This document shows, piece after piece, positions 61,624-64,000 of a DNA stretch of 64,000 nucleotides (the first letter of the stretch is position 1; every line of letters begins with the position of its first letter). Origin of the DNA: Lingula anatina (Eukaryota > Animalia > Brachiopoda); contig CM120649.1 of NCBI GenBank assembly GCA_051362555.1, forward strand, positions 4,092,001 through 4,156,000, written 5' to 3'. A program made the translations under genes and the position numbers. Under the pieces are notes generated by a model that worked only from the letters and a program-made list of their open reading frames with translations, did no database searches and was not told the DNA's origin.

Positions 61624-62305
61624 GGCCCAGTCACAATGTCGGCGATCTGTCGGGGATTAGTTTTGGCCGGGGGTCGTCGTAGAAAATAAAGAATCATTGA
61701 ACAATCCTAGCAATAATCCTAATAAAAGTGGAGCAGTCACATTGTCTGAGATTTTTTCAAGGATTTTGACCCGGTTTTGTTGAAAAATCGTGGGATTAGC
61801 CTGCATCGGAGGCGATCGGAGACGATATCTGCGAGCGTCTTTTCTTGTAATTTTTTTCCCCCTGGGTATATGTGAGGGAAAAGGAGACGATCACATAAAG
61901 CGTACGAATCGACGCAGGGCGCCTCCGATTCAGTCGGAGGGCGCCGGAGACTACTCGCAGACATTGAATCTCAACCTGATTTTCCAATCCCACACAGAAT
62001 ATTGCGACTAGTCTCAGATTATTCGGAGGACGCCTCCGATTAATCGGAGGGCATCGTAGGTCATCGGAGATTGTGTCTGGGATGCCCAAAATGGGTGAAA
62101 AATCTTGCGAGCAATCTTAAAATTTTAAGTTCAAAGTTGGGGACCGCGACGGGTGTGGCGATGTCTAAAAAATCTGCGACAACCCGCAGGCATCCGGAGA
62201 GCGCCTCCGACGGGTGCAAAATCGTGAGATCTGTCTCAAGATTTTGTTCAAATTTCCCGGGTTTTACCCATCCCCGACGCATCGCAACTGATTTGTGACT
62301 GGGCT
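61624..62305. mobile_element. Non-autonomous DNA transposon
   Basis: Termini GCCCAGTCACAA..CGGGGAT / ATCCCCG..TTGTGACTGGGC; interior rich in ATCGGAG/CTCCGAT motifs; ends resemble the 12580-13938 element. Confidence 0.7.
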
Positions 62306-62638
62306 TTTAGGCTTATTTTCGTCTACAAACCAGTTTGTTAAAATTTATGCCTATAACTTTTATGTAAGGGGATTGCGCGCGCGTCTCTTACTGCTAAGAT
62401 TGGCTGGACTCGGTATTACTGTTAGACGGCTAGTTGCCTGTAGGGCTCTGAATAGTTTGCCGAACGGATTGATGTTGGCGGCGCTTTAACGTTTTGACAA
62501 CGGCCCATAGGGTTGAATGACTTCTTGACACTTTCTGCCGGCCAGCCGGGTCGGGTTAATGTTCCTGACGTCACGCGCATCCCCCTCGTATGCTGAAGAG
62601 AGCTCCTAGTGGTGTCCATGTGAAGATCATGTGCGTTT

Positions 62639-63567
62639 TTATACTTCGTTTTCTTCCCTGTTGGGGTTTCTGCCATCATTTCCGTCTACTCTGTCGCTTT
62701 CAGTCACTGAGAACTGTTTTTCATTTCCGTCATCGACTGTTGCTATACTTGAACGCGACTCTTTACTTAAAACGCTTAACCTATTTGCGGCGTTCTGATG
62801 GCTGCGCAGACTCGACACTGACCCCTGATGACGTAGAGCAGGGCGGCAGCAACAAATAATGCTGAACAGGATTTGTCGAAAACGTGCACCAATGAAAGCA
62901 TAAACGAAAAAATTGGCAGCCGAATTAATCACGATCAGAACAATATTGATGCCGAAGTAGTACTGATAGTTGACTAAAATCTGTGGATCGATGAAAGCTC
63001 GGAACGCCAGGAAGAACTGAGACAAAAATGTCGGAGTCGCACACCCAAGATAAATCATGATGACCACAATAAACGACCGCGTAAGACTCCGAGACTCCGT
63101 GGCCTCTTTTTCTCTTTTCGTCATAGTTTTCCGTCTGGCATCTGCCCTTTTAAGAGCAAGGATCAGATTATAGTTCACATAAACAAGGATTGTAATAGGC
63201 ACGACGTATAAGCACAGAAGGTGCAGAACTATTCGATACCCTATTCCATAGACCAAGTTATCGATGAATATGTTGTAGAAACAGTAAGCGGTTGGGTTGT
63301 TAACACAGGGAAAAAATCCGATCCGAATCGCACCAAGGTAATTTGGCAAAATAAACAGAATTGCCATGATGACAACAATGACGATGGTTATCCGGGCCCT
63401 CTTGAGAGTGCAGAATTCACTAGCCTTGAATGGCCGACAGACGGCGTGATAGCGGTCCACTGCCACAGCCAAGATAAGCCAATTTGATACCGTCATGAAA
63501 ACGTATCCTGTTGGCCAGGTATATCGCATCATCTTGGGAATGAAATCCATGTACCATTTAAGATATC
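62639..63567 (-). CDS. Terminal coding exon of a rhodopsin-class peptide GPCR (FMRFamide-receptor-like); TM1-2 exon lies outside the window
   Basis: Acceptor ttcatttcag|GA at 63567; TM3 AVAVDRYHAVCRPF, TM4 ILFILP, TM5 YVVP, TM6 YLGCATP, TM7 INSAANFFVY..GARFR, CCC palmitoylation-like site, Ser-rich tail. Confidence 0.9.
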
Positions 63568-63846
63568 CTGAAATGAATAAAATGTATTTTTCATGGCGAC
63601 AACTTAATTATAGTTCACAGCAAGTTGATAAACATGTGCAGAGACACGAAATAGGCTATAATATAGCGGTTCCTTGGATTTGGTGAGCCTTTCGGTGCAC
63701 ACTAAAATTGGGGCATAGGTAGGCTCAGCACCTGTGCTATGTTTTATGAGAACTTTTGGGACAAAAAGGCCAATATATGAAGTCACGTCGTGCACGCACA
63801 ATATGAACTGTTACCAGAGACCAAATGCCAGAATTATCAATCTACT

Positions 63847-63885
63847 CATGGACATAATAAGAGGCCTTCTCTTATTATGTCCATG
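63847..63885. mobile_element. 39-bp TIR-only transposon remnant (P-element-like CAT...ATG ends)
   Basis: CATGGACATAATAAGAG-GCCTT-CTCTTATTATGTCCATG flanked by duplicated ATCTACT (63840-63846, 63886-63892). Confidence 0.7.
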
Positions 63886-64000
63886 ATCTACTCAACCGTC
63901 TTGAACAGTTCAATATTCATCTGCTATTTCTTATTCAAAATAGGAAAATTAAAATGAAATAAAATAATATAAAGAACCCTAACCCCTTTGCATTTAGCCA

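Noticed and set aside
61737-62298. Cluster of overlapping Arg/Pro-rich ORFs
   Set aside because: Lies within a GC-rich non-autonomous transposon; no transposase motifs.

Overview
AT-rich, intron-containing animal genomic DNA (GT-AG introns, microsatellites, many small DNA transposons). The gene content suggests a marine invertebrate such as a lophotrochozoan, but the species cannot be read from the sequence. The main signal is largely missed by the ORF track because it is split by introns: a tandem cluster of at least seven copies of a small secreted prepro-peptide gene. Each has a signal exon, an acidic spacer, a RAKR or KR cleavage site and a ~52-aa mature peptide with the framework C-x3-C-x8-C-x9-C-x7-C-x4-C-x9-CC. 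Four copies are intact (12387+, 30631+, 35750-, 60265+), one has an in-frame TGA, one is MITE-disrupted and one is a fragment. The cluster also contains a 4-exon, 168-aa secreted 12-Cys protein with two PCSK9-C-terminal/resistin-like modules (23209-25421), placed behind a duplicated copy of the peptide promoter, and a nearly intronless 1884-aa CUB/C-type-lectin/LDLa/LRR/7TM (GRL101-like) receptor on the minus strand (45814-53065). The last coding exon of an FMRFamide-receptor-like GPCR lies at the right end. The region is a mosaic of local segmental and inverted duplications with several filled/empty transposon sites. All gene models were spliced by hand, and family names come from motif recognition, not database searches.
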